64,000 nucleotides of DNA from an uncultured bacterium (GTDB lineage Bacteria > Patescibacteriota > Andersenbacteria > UBA10190 > CAIZMI01). Each line of letters opens with the position of its first letter. Position 1 is the first letter of the stretch. Where the stretch lies: assembly GCA_903828055.1 (NCBI GenBank), contig CAIKKP010000057.1, forward strand, positions 17,588-81,587, read 5' to 3'. The notes beneath the pieces were generated by a model. That model saw only the letters and a program-made list of their open reading frames with translations, was not told the origin of the DNA and searched no databases. This document shows, piece after piece, positions 8,158 through 17,154 of this stretch. Position numbers and translations under genes: made by a program.

Positions 8158-8909
8158 AAATGAAGGCATGTGTGATCTATCGTAATAACGATCTGTTCGC
8201 TCAGTACGTCGACGCGATTCTGAAAGGGCATGAGGTCTCCGTGCGATACGTAATCCCAGCAGGGGAAGCGTTCGGCGACCACGAAAACGCCATCCTTGAG
8301 GATCTGGCGCGCGCTCTGGCTAACCAAGCGAAAGTGTTGTTCGTCGACTCCACTTGCGGTGATGTGGATCGGGAAGGAAGGATGATCCATATTGATTTGG
8401 ACGGGCTCTTTCAGAGCCAGATTGAGAAGCGTCACCCCAACAACACCGTCGAAGACAACTTCGCGTGGTATGCGCGGCAAGTGGTTGGGGAACGACAAGT
8501 CAAGAAGGTCATCGTCGTCCTTAATCAAATCGCCGACCATGGTTTTGTGGGAAGCAATTCGGGGCCGTCCCGAGGCAATGCTGCTGAGTGGGTCATCAAG
8601 CAGTTGCACGATTTATTTCCGGGTGTTCGGGTTCTGACGATCGCAACGCTTGCGGAAACATTGAAGCAGGCAGAGGATCCCGAGACACTGATCGTTCTTG
8701 ATCGCCATTGTGGAATCAAGGAAGAGATGCCCAATAAGGAGGGTTGGTATCACGCGGCACACAACTGGCTTCACCAGTCGATGCTGTACATCCTGCCTTT
8801 CGAAACTTGCGCATCCCAACTGGCTTCCTGCGGAAAGTGTGCTGAAGCGTTTGATGTCGAGGAAATGCGAAGTGCAGTACAAAAACGCATTGATCGGGTC
8901 AGACGTTAA
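8154..8909 (+). CDS. Hypothetical protein (GC-rich, likely foreign)
   Basis: 251-aa ORF; overlaps the previous stop (ATGA); followed by a strong terminator. Confidence 0.6.
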   Translation: MKMKACVIYRNNDLFAQYVDAILKGHEVSVRYVIPAGEAFGDHENAILEDLARALANQAKVLFVDSTCGDVDREGRMIHIDLDGLFQSQIEKRHPNNTVEDNFAWYARQVVGERQVKKVIVVLNQIADHGFVGSNSGPSRGNAAEWVIKQLHDLFPGVRVLTIATLAETLKQAEDPETLIVLDRHCGIKEEMPNKEGWYHAAHNWLHQSMLYILPFETCASQLASCGKCAEAFDVEEMRSAVQKRIDRVRR

Positions 8910-8944
8910 ACGCAGAGACGATTGAAAAGTGCAGAATTTCTGCC

Positions 8945-8977
8945 CGCCGATACTTCCAAGTGTCGGCGATTTTTTTG
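8945..8977 (+). terminator. Rho-independent terminator
   Basis: CGCCGA-tacttccaagtg-TCGGCG followed by T7. Confidence 0.75.
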
Positions 8978-9000
8978 TTTGAAAAATATCTATTTCTGTA

Positions 9001-9060
9001 GGTAAACATGTCGCGTGTAGAACGGTATTTTGGTTCGAACTTTCTCCGTTCCGGCGAGCC
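9001..9060 (+). repeat. Cassette-array repeat unit U5 (truncated G/H-type variant)
   Basis: GGTAAACATGTCGCGTGTAGAACGGTATTTTGGTTCGAACTTTCTCCGTTCCGGCGAGCC. It matches the 5-prime half of U6 but lacks the terminator and 3-prime core. Confidence 0.6.
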
Positions 9061-9119
9061 CTATCGGATTGCCCCTTCTTGAGATGATGAGATTATAGGG
9101 TTTTAATTATGAGTATCCT

Positions 9120-9174
9120 ATTACGTGGAACCATAATCCACGTAATTGACTTATTACGTGGATTATGATAGAAT
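9120..9174 (+). promoter_or_regulatory. Promoter with palindromic operator (ATTACGTGGA-n7-TCCACGTAAT plus a third half-site) upstream of the AAA ATPase gene
   Basis: Perfect 10-bp inverted repeat at 9120-9129/9137-9146; -35 TTGACT (9146-9151); third ATTACGTGGAT copy in the spacer; -10 TAGAAT (9169-9174), 17-bp spacing. Confidence 0.5.
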
Positions 9175-9183
9175 GTAATTACT

Positions 9184-10320
9184 ATGAATATTCCTCGTTT
9201 TTATCACGATTTAAGCAAGTATATTGAGCCGAATAAAGCATTAATTATTTATGGTCCGCGTCGTGTCGGCAAAACAACACTGCTTAATGAATACTTAAAG
9301 CAAAGCGGGCTAAAATATAAATTGGATTCAGGAGATAATATCAAGATCGCGGAAACACTTTCATCACAGAATTTTGACCTACTTAAAGAATACGCTTCCG
9401 GATACGAACTGATCGCGATTGATGAAGCGCAAAAAATACCAAACGTTGGTATGGGTTTGAAAATACTGGTTGATCAAATTCCTAATATTAAAATAATCGC
9501 TACCGGGTCCTCTTCGTTTGAACTTTCAGGACAAGTTGGTGAACCACTTACGGGAAGAAAAACCACCCTTACGCTTTTTCCAATTTCTCAAACGGAACTT
9601 GGAAATCAAAATAATGATTTTGAGTTGAAAGAAAAGTTATCCGAACGGTTGATATTCGGTTCATATCCGGAAGTGGTAACGGCGAGTATGAAGGAAGAAA
9701 GAACTTTAAAGTTGGAAGAACTCGCACACTCATATTTGCTGAAAGATATTTTGCAAATGGAGAGAGTTAAGGGTTCAAAAGTTTTACTTGATTTATTGCG
9801 TTTGATTGCGTTTCAAGTGGGCAACGAGGTTTCTTTGGCAGAAATTGGATCGCAAATCGGTTTAGACAGCAAAACCGTTGCGCGATATTTAGACTTATTG
9901 GAAAAATCATTTGTGCTTTATAACTTACGGGGTTTTAGTAAGAACTTGCGCAAAGAAATTACGAAGAAAAGTAAGTATTATTTTTATGACAACGGTATTA
10001 GAAACGCGATAATTTCCAATTTCAATGATCTTTCTTCGCGTGATGATGTTGGTGCGCTTTGGGAAAATTTTATGGTAATTGAACGGATAAAAAGAAATGC
10101 TTATGGGAAAGTGTATGCCAATAGTTATTTCTGGCGCACATGGGAAGGGCAAGAGGTCGATTTCGTAGAAGAGCGTGATGGCAAGCTTTTTGGCTACGAA
10201 TTAAAATGGAGTGAAAAAAGTAGAGACAATAATAAGAAGGCTTGGCTTGAGGCATATAAAGAAGCGACTTTTGAAGTGATAAATCCTAAAAATTTCTTGG
10301 ACTTCGTTAGGCTTTCATAG
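9184..10320 (+). CDS. AAA-family ATPase (DUF4143-type)
   Basis: Walker A GPRRVGKTT, Walker B LIAIDEAQ; C-terminal DUF4143-like region. Confidence 0.8.
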   Translation: MNIPRFYHDLSKYIEPNKALIIYGPRRVGKTTLLNEYLKQSGLKYKLDSGDNIKIAETLSSQNFDLLKEYASGYELIAIDEAQKIPNVGMGLKILVDQIPNIKIIATGSSSFELSGQVGEPLTGRKTTLTLFPISQTELGNQNNDFELKEKLSERLIFGSYPEVVTASMKEERTLKLEELAHSYLLKDILQMERVKGSKVLLDLLRLIAFQVGNEVSLAEIGSQIGLDSKTVARYLDLLEKSFVLYNLRGFSKNLRKEITKKSKYYFYDNGIRNAIISNFNDLSSRDDVGALWENFMVIERIKRNAYGKVYANSYFWRTWEGQEVDFVEERDGKLFGYELKWSEKSRDNNKKAWLEAYKEATFEVINPKNFLDFVRLS

Positions 10321-10349
10321 GAAGTGAAATCAATCGAGATCTTTTTGCA

Positions 10350-10552
10350 GGTAAACATGTCGTGAATAGAACGGAATCATTGTTCGAACTTTCTTCGTTC
10401 CGGCGAGCCGCGTAAAAAGATTGCCGAGCAATCTTCACGCGGCCACGTGGGACGTGAGCGCACGCATGCGCTTTTACGTCCTTTACATGGCTGAACAAAT
10501 AATACCGCTAATCATGGCGATATTTTTGTGGAGGGAAGTCGGGTGGCGAACC
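10350..10552 (+). repeat. Cassette-array repeat unit U6 (variant with GC-rich palindromic insert)
   Basis: GGTAAACATGTCGTGAATAGAACGG…TTGTTCGAACTTTCTTCGTTCCGGCGAGCC…; AAATAATACCGC-taatcatg-GCGATATTTTT terminator; GTGGAGGGAAGTCGGGTGGCGAACC core. Confidence 0.7.
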
Positions 10553-10555
10553 ATC

Positions 10556-11137
10556 ATGTATAATCAGTTTATGGAAAATAATTTACTTAAAGTTAAAGAA
10601 GGAATCACGACTATTATTAAAGAATCTCCGATTGCTTCAGATGTTGAACATGCTGAGCGGACGTTAAAATGGTTGCTGGTATTAAAACCTAATGCTGACG
10701 ATGCACTTCAGGTTGCGGCCTACGGGCATGATATTGATAGGGGTGTAACAAAAATAACTAATAAGGATTTGGCGGATATGAAGGATTACGATAAAGATCG
10801 CAAAGAACATTCAGAAAGATCCGCGAGATTTCTTGCGGAATTACTGGTGAAGAATGGACTAAGTAGTGCTTTTATTCAAAAAGTTAAGGCACTTGTTGAA
10901 AAGCATGAGGTTGGAGGAGACGAAGAATCCGATATTCTTAGAGACGCGGATAGTATTGCCTATTTTGACTACAATATTCCTCTTTACCTTCAAAGAAACG
11001 GGGAAGAAAAAGGCAGATATAAAATTAACTACATGTACGATCGCGCATCCGAAGGCGCAAAAATAATAATAAAAACATTAAAGTTTGATGATGAAAACAT
11101 TCAAAAGATTGTCAATGAAGAATTGAACAAGAAATGA
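10556..11137 (+). CDS. HD-domain phosphohydrolase
   Basis: HD motif (AAYGHDIDRG). The ATG at 10556 was chosen because the longer ORF would run into repeat U6. The stop overlaps the next gene's start (ATGA). Confidence 0.7.
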   Translation: MYNQFMENNLLKVKEGITTIIKESPIASDVEHAERTLKWLLVLKPNADDALQVAAYGHDIDRGVTKITNKDLADMKDYDKDRKEHSERSARFLAELLVKNGLSSAFIQKVKALVEKHEVGGDEESDILRDADSIAYFDYNIPLYLQRNGEEKGRYKINYMYDRASEGAKIIIKTLKFDDENIQKIVNEELNKK

Positions 11138-12087
11138 CACCCCTCGATAGAATAAAATACTCAGGAAATATCGATGAATTGATTCATAAAATTTCTGACA
11201 TACACAATGTCGGACACGTAAATAATTTTTCCATTATCGAAACTGGCTATGAGGACTGCAATGTTGTTATTGAAACCAATGAAGGAAAATATTTAACGAA
11301 AATATTTTCGAAAAACCGTAGCAAGGAAGATGTTTTGCGCTATAGCATGATAATGGAGAAGGCGGTTGACGCTGGCGTTAATCATCCAGCCCTTATCAAA
11401 ACACGAGAAGGGGCTTGGGTTGGTCAGGCTGTTGAAGATGTTTTTGAGGTGTTAATGAATTACGTTGATGGAAAAACATTCTATCAATCAGGTTCTATGC
11501 CCAACAAAGAAGAACTTAATGTTGTTCTAGAACAAGCAGCAAAGATTAATAGAATAGACCACCATCCAAAGTATTTATTTGATTCATGGGCTATTTCAAA
11601 TATTCAATCGATGTATGAACGCATAAGGCAATATATTAAGCCAGATGATGCCCAGCTTATTGTGAAGGCAATTGATAATTATTTAAAAATTCCAGTAGCA
11701 GATTTGCCTCATTGTTTTGTGCATGGGGATTTTACTAAAGCCAATGTGTTGAAGGGGAATGATAGCAAAATCTATATTTTGGATTTTTCCGTTTCAAATT
11801 GGTACCCAAGAATGCAGGAACTTGCCGTGATTGCGGCCAATCTTTTACATGACGAAAAACATACTTCGTCCTTGCGTGAAAGATGTGATTTGGTTTATAC
11901 GAATTATAACTTGTTGAACCCACTCACAAAATTAGAGCATGACAATTTGTTTACTTACTCTGTTGCGGGATTAGCAATGGAACTTCTAGGTTCATACCAG
12001 GAGCGATTTATTAATGGCAATGATAATGAAGAAACACGCTTTTGGTATAATCTTGGTCGTGAAGGCTTGCGAGAGGCACTTAATTAA
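11134..12087 (+). CDS. Aminoglycoside/choline-kinase-type phosphotransferase (APH family)
   Basis: Brenner motif VHGDFTKANVL and IYILDFS; protein-kinase-like fold. Confidence 0.75.
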   Translation: MTPLDRIKYSGNIDELIHKISDIHNVGHVNNFSIIETGYEDCNVVIETNEGKYLTKIFSKNRSKEDVLRYSMIMEKAVDAGVNHPALIKTREGAWVGQAVEDVFEVLMNYVDGKTFYQSGSMPNKEELNVVLEQAAKINRIDHHPKYLFDSWAISNIQSMYERIRQYIKPDDAQLIVKAIDNYLKIPVADLPHCFVHGDFTKANVLKGNDSKIYILDFSVSNWYPRMQELAVIAANLLHDEKHTSSLRERCDLVYTNYNLLNPLTKLEHDNLFTYSVAGLAMELLGSYQERFINGNDNEETRFWYNLGREGLREALN

Positions 12088-12093
12088 GTTCAA

Positions 12094-12317
12094 AACAATA
12101 GTGTAGTCAGGGGTGGGTAACCAAACATTCTTCTTCATGAGCATTATTCTGGTTCGGTCCTTCGACACGGCAGGATGAGTACTTCGACTGCGCTCAGCAC
12201 AAGTAGTCCACCGACCCTCGCTACGCCCCGAAGCGAACTTTGTTCTGCTTCGGGGGAGCTAACAAAAAATACCGCTAATCATGGAGATATTTTTGTGGAG
12301 GAGAGTTGGATTCCGAA
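12094..12317 (+). repeat. Cassette-array repeat unit U7 (long form with extra hairpin CCGAAGC…GCTTCGG)
   Basis: 5-prime motif, then GGTTCGGTCCTTCGACAC…GTAGTCCACCGACCCTCGCTACGCCCCGAAGCGAACTTTGTTCTGCTTCGGGGGAGC, terminator, and GTGGAGGAGAGTTGGATTCCGAAC. Confidence 0.8.
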
Positions 12318-12393
12318 CTGAGGCCATTTTTCGCTGTTCGTACTTCAGTGAGTCGGAATGAGGGAAAACTAGTGATAGGTGTACAATTTGACT

Positions 12394-12912
12394 ATGCCAA
12401 AAGTATTAATTGTTACTGGTCCGGGCGGTGCTGGCAAAACAACAATCGCTCAGATGGTCGCGGAGAGATGTGGTTCTATTTATCTGGATGCCGATAGTGA
12501 AGATACAGAGTTTTTTCCTGATGGTGGCCAGTGGTTGCCAGAGAATTCAGAAAAACTAAAAAAAGCGCATGAAAAAATTCTCAATAAGACGAGCGAACTG
12601 ATTGAAAAAGGACACAGTGTTGTTGTTGACTATATTATTTTTGGTCGGTACGCCGAGTTTTTTGATATGTTTCGTAGTCGATTTGGAAGTGGCCTGCTAA
12701 TTAAGGTTCTTTTTCCAACAGAAGCGGTTACCGTTAAGCGGGATAAGGAACGAGATTGTTGGACAACCGGGGAGGAGAGAATAAAAGCTGTTTCTGGAGA
12801 ACTTTGGGATGTAAAAGAAATTGTAGGTAAAGAAAATTTCATAGATACTTCAAATCAGTCCTCTGAGGAAACGTTTAACAAATATTTCTCTAATTGTTTC
12901 AAAGCACCCTGA
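12394..12912 (+). CDS. P-loop kinase (AAA_33 / chloramphenicol-phosphotransferase-like)
   Basis: Walker A VTGPGGAGKTT at the N-terminus; small nucleotide-kinase fold. Confidence 0.65.
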   Translation: MPKVLIVTGPGGAGKTTIAQMVAERCGSIYLDADSEDTEFFPDGGQWLPENSEKLKKAHEKILNKTSELIEKGHSVVVDYIIFGRYAEFFDMFRSRFGSGLLIKVLFPTEAVTVKRDKERDCWTTGEERIKAVSGELWDVKEIVGKENFIDTSNQSSEETFNKYFSNCFKAP

Positions 12913-12914
12913 TT

Positions 12915-13841
12915 ATGTCTAAAAAAGGCAATGCCATCATCGAGTTAGCAGAAAAAAAGATACATGGTTCGATTAAAGACATTACTCAGGTTATTAATAA
13001 AGGCCATATGAATGAAGTTTATCTAGTTAAAACAGATAGACAAAATGTCATATTAAGGGTTAACGAACCATCAAGTTTTGAAAGGTTTAAAAAAGAATGT
13101 TGGTGTGCTGAGGAGGCAGCATTAATGGGTGTTCATACTCCAAAAGCGTTGGAAGTGGGTATTGGTGGTGAACATTCTTTTATTCTATTTGACTACATTG
13201 AAGGAAAGAATGGTGCTGAAATAGTTCAATCTCAAGACTTGTGGTACCAACTGGGTATACAGTTGAAAAAAATACACAATATCAGTGTCAATGGTTTTGG
13301 AGAAGAACTAAGCGATATTAGAAGTGGAAATTTTGATGAATGGAAAAAATATATCGACTACAATATTAATTCGTTAAACAAAGGCGATCAACTTCGTAAA
13401 AGAGGGGTTCTGAATGATGAAAATTCTGCGAAGATACAAAGTTTGCTTAGTTCGTTGCTTGATAAAAAATTCAATTTTGGGTTGTCGCATGGAGATTATT
13501 CATTGGCAAACGTAATTGTTGATAATCGTTCAGTACCAAATATTATTGATTGGGGATGCGCGCAAGCCCACGTAGTACCAGATTACGACTTCGGAATAAT
13601 TATCGATGAAAGTGTTGGAGAAAATACCGAATATTTTAAAGCGTTGTTGAACGGATATGGTATGACAGAATCTGATTATTTAGATATCAAGAATGAAATT
13701 ATGGTTTTGCAGTTGTTGGTTGCATTAGATAAGCTTCGGTGGGCGATGGACAAGAATACCAAACGCATTGAATTTTACGTGGCGCAGGTAACCAAGTTTG
13801 TTAAAAAAAACAACAGTGTAGTCAGAGGCGGGGTAAACTGA
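12915..13841 (+). CDS. Aminoglycoside-phosphotransferase-family kinase (second APH-like cassette gene)
   Basis: SHGDYSLANVIV and IIDWGCA motifs. The C-terminus (…NNSVVRGGVN*) is encoded by a read-through copy of the 30-nt repeat motif (TAG changed to CAG). Confidence 0.75.
   Translation: MSKKGNAIIELAEKKIHGSIKDITQVINKGHMNEVYLVKTDRQNVILRVNEPSSFERFKKECWCAEEAALMGVHTPKALEVGIGGEHSFILFDYIEGKNGAEIVQSQDLWYQLGIQLKKIHNISVNGFGEELSDIRSGNFDEWKKYIDYNINSLNKGDQLRKRGVLNDENSAKIQSLLSSLLDKKFNFGLSHGDYSLANVIVDNRSVPNIIDWGCAQAHVVPDYDFGIIIDESVGENTEYFKALLNGYGMTESDYLDIKNEIMVLQLLVALDKLRWAMDKNTKRIEFYVAQVTKFVKKNNSVVRGGVN
13809..13838 (+). repeat. Repeat 5-prime motif alone (U8), translated as the gene's C-terminus
   Basis: AACAACAGTGTAGTCAGAGGCGGGGTAAAC; no terminator or 3-prime core follows. 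Confidence 0.7.
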
Positions 13842-13922
13842 TTTTCATTTTAATTAGTGCAATTTCATATGCATACACGCGGGGCGTAGACGTCAGAACG
13901 TTTCGTTGTTAAAATCCGCTTA

Positions 13923-15017
13923 ATGGCCACCGAATTTATAAAAGGAATTGAGTTAAGCAGACGGTTTTGTCAAGAAATAGTTAAACCAATCCTTGATTCT
14001 GAGTTTCTGGGATTAAAATATTCTTCGGCCCTTATTGGTTGGGGGTCAGAAGTGTTGGGTTATGATACTGAAATTTCCAGAGATCACCACTGGGGTCCTC
14101 GGTTATTGATTTTATTGAATGAAGAAGATTTTGTGGAATTAAAGGAAAAAATATCTCAAAAGTTATCTGAAAAACTTCCATATGAATTCATGGGCTATTC
14201 CACCAACTTTTCAAATGCAAAAGAACACGGTGTAAGAAGTGCAGAAAAAATAATCAGTGGCCCAGTAAATCACATGATTGAATTTTTTACTATCAAATCC
14301 CTTTGGTTAATGCGTTTGGGTTTTGACCCATATCAAGAGATTTTAAACCATGATTGGTTATCATTTCCTCAACAGAGATTGCTTGCTTTAACAAGTGGCG
14401 AAGTATATTTCGATGGATTAGGTGAATTGGAAGAAGTAAGAAATAAATTTCACTATTATCCCAATGAAGTTTGGCTCTATCTTTTGGCATCGCAGTGGAC
14501 AAAAATCGCACAAGAGCAAGCATTTGTCGGGCGTACAGGTGATGTTGGGGACGAATTGGGATCCCGCGTAGGGGCTTCTCGGCTGGTGCGAGAAATAATG
14601 AAATTGTGTTTCTTGATGGAGAAGAAATATTATCCTTATACCAAGTGGTTCGGCACCGCTTTTGAAAATTTGAATATTGCACCAGTTTTGTCACCAATAT
14701 TATCTCGCGTGTTTTTAGCGACTTCGTGGAAGGAAAGAGAAAAGTATCTTTCTGAAGCATATAAAGTGATTGCGATAGCACATAACTTATTAAAAATAAC
14801 TAAGCCATTATCTACGGAAGTTTCTCTCTATCACGAAAGACCATATTTGGTCATAAGTGCCGATGAATTTGTGAAAGCCATAATTACTGAAATCAAGGAA
14901 GAATCACTAAAAAAACTTCCCGTGATTGGTTCCATTGATCAATTTGTTGATAGCACTGATGTTTTAGATGAACCATTGTTGTGCAGGAAATTGAAGACAG
15001 TGTACGAGAATCCATAG
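13923..15017 (+). CDS. Hypothetical protein (possibly DUF4037-like)
   Basis: 364-aa ORF; family assignment is from memory only. Confidence 0.55.
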   Translation: MATEFIKGIELSRRFCQEIVKPILDSEFLGLKYSSALIGWGSEVLGYDTEISRDHHWGPRLLILLNEEDFVELKEKISQKLSEKLPYEFMGYSTNFSNAKEHGVRSAEKIISGPVNHMIEFFTIKSLWLMRLGFDPYQEILNHDWLSFPQQRLLALTSGEVYFDGLGELEEVRNKFHYYPNEVWLYLLASQWTKIAQEQAFVGRTGDVGDELGSRVGASRLVREIMKLCFLMEKKYYPYTKWFGTAFENLNIAPVLSPILSRVFLATSWKEREKYLSEAYKVIAIAHNLLKITKPLSTEVSLYHERPYLVISADEFVKAIITEIKEESLKKLPVIGSIDQFVDSTDVLDEPLLCRKLKTVYENP

Positions 15018-15029
15018 TATTCAAATTTT

Positions 15030-15434
15030 ATGAACGAAACAACACCATACTCACAACTAATAAAACCATCATGGGCTCCGCCGGGCTGGGTTATTGGGCC
15101 GGCATGGACGGTGCTCTATGCAATTATTGTCGTTTCTTTCGGTACTATTTTTTATAAAGCATTCACCAAGCAAATTCCGTGGGTGGTGGCTCTCCCTTTT
15201 GCACTCAATCTTGTTTTTAACTTTGTCTTTGCGCCAATACAATTCCGCTTGGTAAATAATTTTCTCGCATCGATCGACATCTTGCTCGTCGTCGGCACGC
15301 TCATCTGGGCGCTCTGTGCTGTCTGGCACGCTTCACCTGAGCTCCGCTGGGTGGTCTACGCCAACATTCCATATCTTCTGTGGGGAACATTTGCAACTTG
15401 TGTGCAATTAACAATAACTTATTTAAATAGGTGA
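15030..15434 (+). CDS. TspO/MBR-family tryptophan-rich membrane protein
   Basis: KPSWAPPGWVIGPAWTVLY motif and five TM helices. Confidence 0.7.
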   Translation: MNETTPYSQLIKPSWAPPGWVIGPAWTVLYAIIVVSFGTIFYKAFTKQIPWVVALPFALNLVFNFVFAPIQFRLVNNFLASIDILLVVGTLIWALCAVWHASPELRWVVYANIPYLLWGTFATCVQLTITYLNR

Positions 15435-15551
15435 TGATTAATTTTAGATTTTGTTGGTTTATTTGTCATCATTTACGGATTTGGCCGATGAGTACATTGG
15501 TGGATGGCTAAAATGGCCGGAGAGTGAAAATATCGATGCTATCATTCTGAC

Positions 15552-15875
15552 ATGGGCATTGTTGTTTTTTTGAGACAATTCAAAATTGGACCGTTTGCTG
15601 TTTTCGATTTTGTATTAGCATATATTGGAGTATTTTTTATTGCTCTACTTTTAACAAAGTTGTTTTTAAGACTTAATCTTAAAATTTCACGAGAATCGTG
15701 GCTCTGGTTGACCTTGCCAATATCGGTGTTGTTTCATGCAGTTTTTCAGCAAAACACGCCTTTAATGAAGATTCTATTGAACCCAAATGGTTTTTATGTG
15801 GAAAAGGCGGTATTAATATTTATGCTTTTTATGGGATTGAGAAAGATTCGCTTAGTTAAGGTCGCGAAACAATAG
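15552..15875 (+). CDS. Small hypothetical membrane protein
   Basis: 107 aa, three TM helices; the stop codon is the first TAG of the repeat motif. Confidence 0.5.
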   Translation: MGIVVFLRQFKIGPFAVFDFVLAYIGVFFIALLLTKLFLRLNLKISRESWLWLTLPISVLFHAVFQQNTPLMKILLNPNGFYVEKAVLIFMLFMGLRKIRLVKVAKQ

Positions 15876-15897
15876 TATCGTCAGGGGTGGGGTAAAG
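15868..15897 (+). repeat. Repeat 5-prime motif alone (U9)
   Basis: AACAATAGTATCGTCAGGGGTGGGGTAAAG. Confidence 0.7.
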
Positions 15898-15923
15898 TGA
15901 TTATTTCTGTATAATGTGAACAT

Positions 15924-16475
15924 ATGGCAGATGAATTAATCGATATTGTTGATGAGAACAATAACCTCATTGGTGTCCAGAAGATGAAAAGTGAGGCGCA
16001 TCGGGATGGTTTGTGGCATAGAACGGCGCATCTTTGGTTATATAACTCAAAAGGTGAAATTCTGCTTCAGTTGCGAGCGAAGAATAAAAAGTTGTATCCA
16101 GCATTATGGGATGTTTCCGCGGCTGGTCATATTGGTGCTGGTGAAGAGCCTATTGTCTCCGCGCTAAGAGAAGCGGATGAAGAAATTGGTATTCAACTCA
16201 GAAAGGATCAACTAGATTTCTTTAAAACAAGAAAGGTCATGGCAGTTTATCGAGAAATAAAAAACAATGAATTTTGCTATGTATATTTGGCAAAATATGA
16301 TGGCGGCGCTAAGAATCTAAGGTTGCAGAAGGAAGAAGTGGAAGAAATTAAATTTGTTTCACTTGTTGAATTGGAAGCTAATTTGCGCGAAAAATCGGAA
16401 CATTATGTTCGACATGGGAAATATTGGGATGATGTTATTGCGGAAATCAAAAGAAGGGTATTGATTAAACAATAG
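15924..16475 (+). CDS. NUDIX hydrolase
   Basis: Nudix box GHIGAGEEPIVSALREADEEIGI; the stop codon lies inside the repeat motif. Confidence 0.8.
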   Translation: MADELIDIVDENNNLIGVQKMKSEAHRDGLWHRTAHLWLYNSKGEILLQLRAKNKKLYPALWDVSAAGHIGAGEEPIVSALREADEEIGIQLRKDQLDFFKTRKVMAVYREIKNNEFCYVYLAKYDGGAKNLRLQKEEVEEIKFVSLVELEANLREKSEHYVRHGKYWDDVIAEIKRRVLIKQ

Positions 16476-16700
16476 TGTAGTCAGGGGTGGGGTAAACATA
16501 CATGCTTCTTCATAAGCACAATTCTGGTTCGGTCCTTCGACACAGCTCAGGATAAATACTTCGACGCGGCTCAACATAAATAGTCCACCGACCCTCGCTA
16601 CGTCCCGAAGCGAGCTTTGTTCTGCTTCGGGGGGGGGGGGGGCTAACAAAAAATACCGCTAATCATGGCGGTATTTTTGTGGAGGGGAGTCGGATGCCAA
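16468..16700 (+). repeat. Cassette-array repeat unit U10 (long form; contains a G14 homopolymer)
   Basis: Near-identical to U7; G14 run at 16629-16642; terminator; GTGGAGGGGAGTCGGATGCCAAATTGG. Confidence 0.8.
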
Positions 16701-16740
16701 ATTGGTAGACTAGTTTCCGTTGAGAGCATATTATAAAAAA

Positions 16741-17136
16741 ATGATTACAAAAGAAAAAGTAAAGGAAATAATAGAAATATATAGTGAAGCATGGAAAAAC
16801 CAGGGTGTCGAACAGATATTGACGATCTTTACAAAGGACGCAAAATATCAAGAAGGTTTTTTATCTGAACCAATGGTTGGACACGAGGAGATTAGAAAAT
16901 ATTGGAACAAAAAGGTTGTCCTTGAGCAGAAAAGTATTCAATTCAAACTAGTTAGAATAATGATTGATGGTAATGATTGTTTGGTGGAATGGCACGCTGA
17001 GTTTGATGATCTAGTTTCGGGAGAGCATGTAAAAATGGTTGAAGTCGCATTTCTTGAATTTTTGGGCGATATGGTTTCATCTTTGCGAGAAAATTGGGAT
17101 ACGATCAGAATACCAATCGCTCAAAAAATAGTGTAA
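16741..17136 (+). CDS. SnoaL/NTF2-like (ketosteroid-isomerase-fold) protein
   Basis: About 130 aa with an NTF2-like pattern; the stop TAA falls in the GTGTAATCAGG variant of the repeat motif. Confidence 0.55.
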   Translation: MITKEKVKEIIEIYSEAWKNQGVEQILTIFTKDAKYQEGFLSEPMVGHEEIRKYWNKKVVLEQKSIQFKLVRIMIDGNDCLVEWHAEFDDLVSGEHVKMVEVAFLEFLGDMVSSLRENWDTIRIPIAQKIV

Positions 17137-17154
17137 TCAGGGGTGGGGTAAAAC
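17124..17154 (+). repeat. Repeat 5-prime motif alone (U11); last recognisable unit of the array
   Basis: AAAAATAGTGTAATCAGGGGTGGGGTAAAAC. Confidence 0.7.

Noticed and set aside
7761-8609. Minus-strand ORFs 7761..8120 and 8151..8609 opposite the GC-rich plus-strand genes
   Set aside because: Plus-strand genes have the promoter, RBS, translational coupling (ATGA) and a terminator. High GC inflates antisense ORF length.
4933-17154. Interpreting the gene-separating repeats as a CRISPR array or as canonical integron attC sites
   Set aside because: The units are 150-230 bp with gene-sized, non-uniform intervening sequences and no cas genes, so this is not CRISPR. They lack the R''/L''/L'/R' GTTRRRY core organisation, and no intI is present, so this is not a classical integron. 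The analogy to integrons is therefore described as organisational only.
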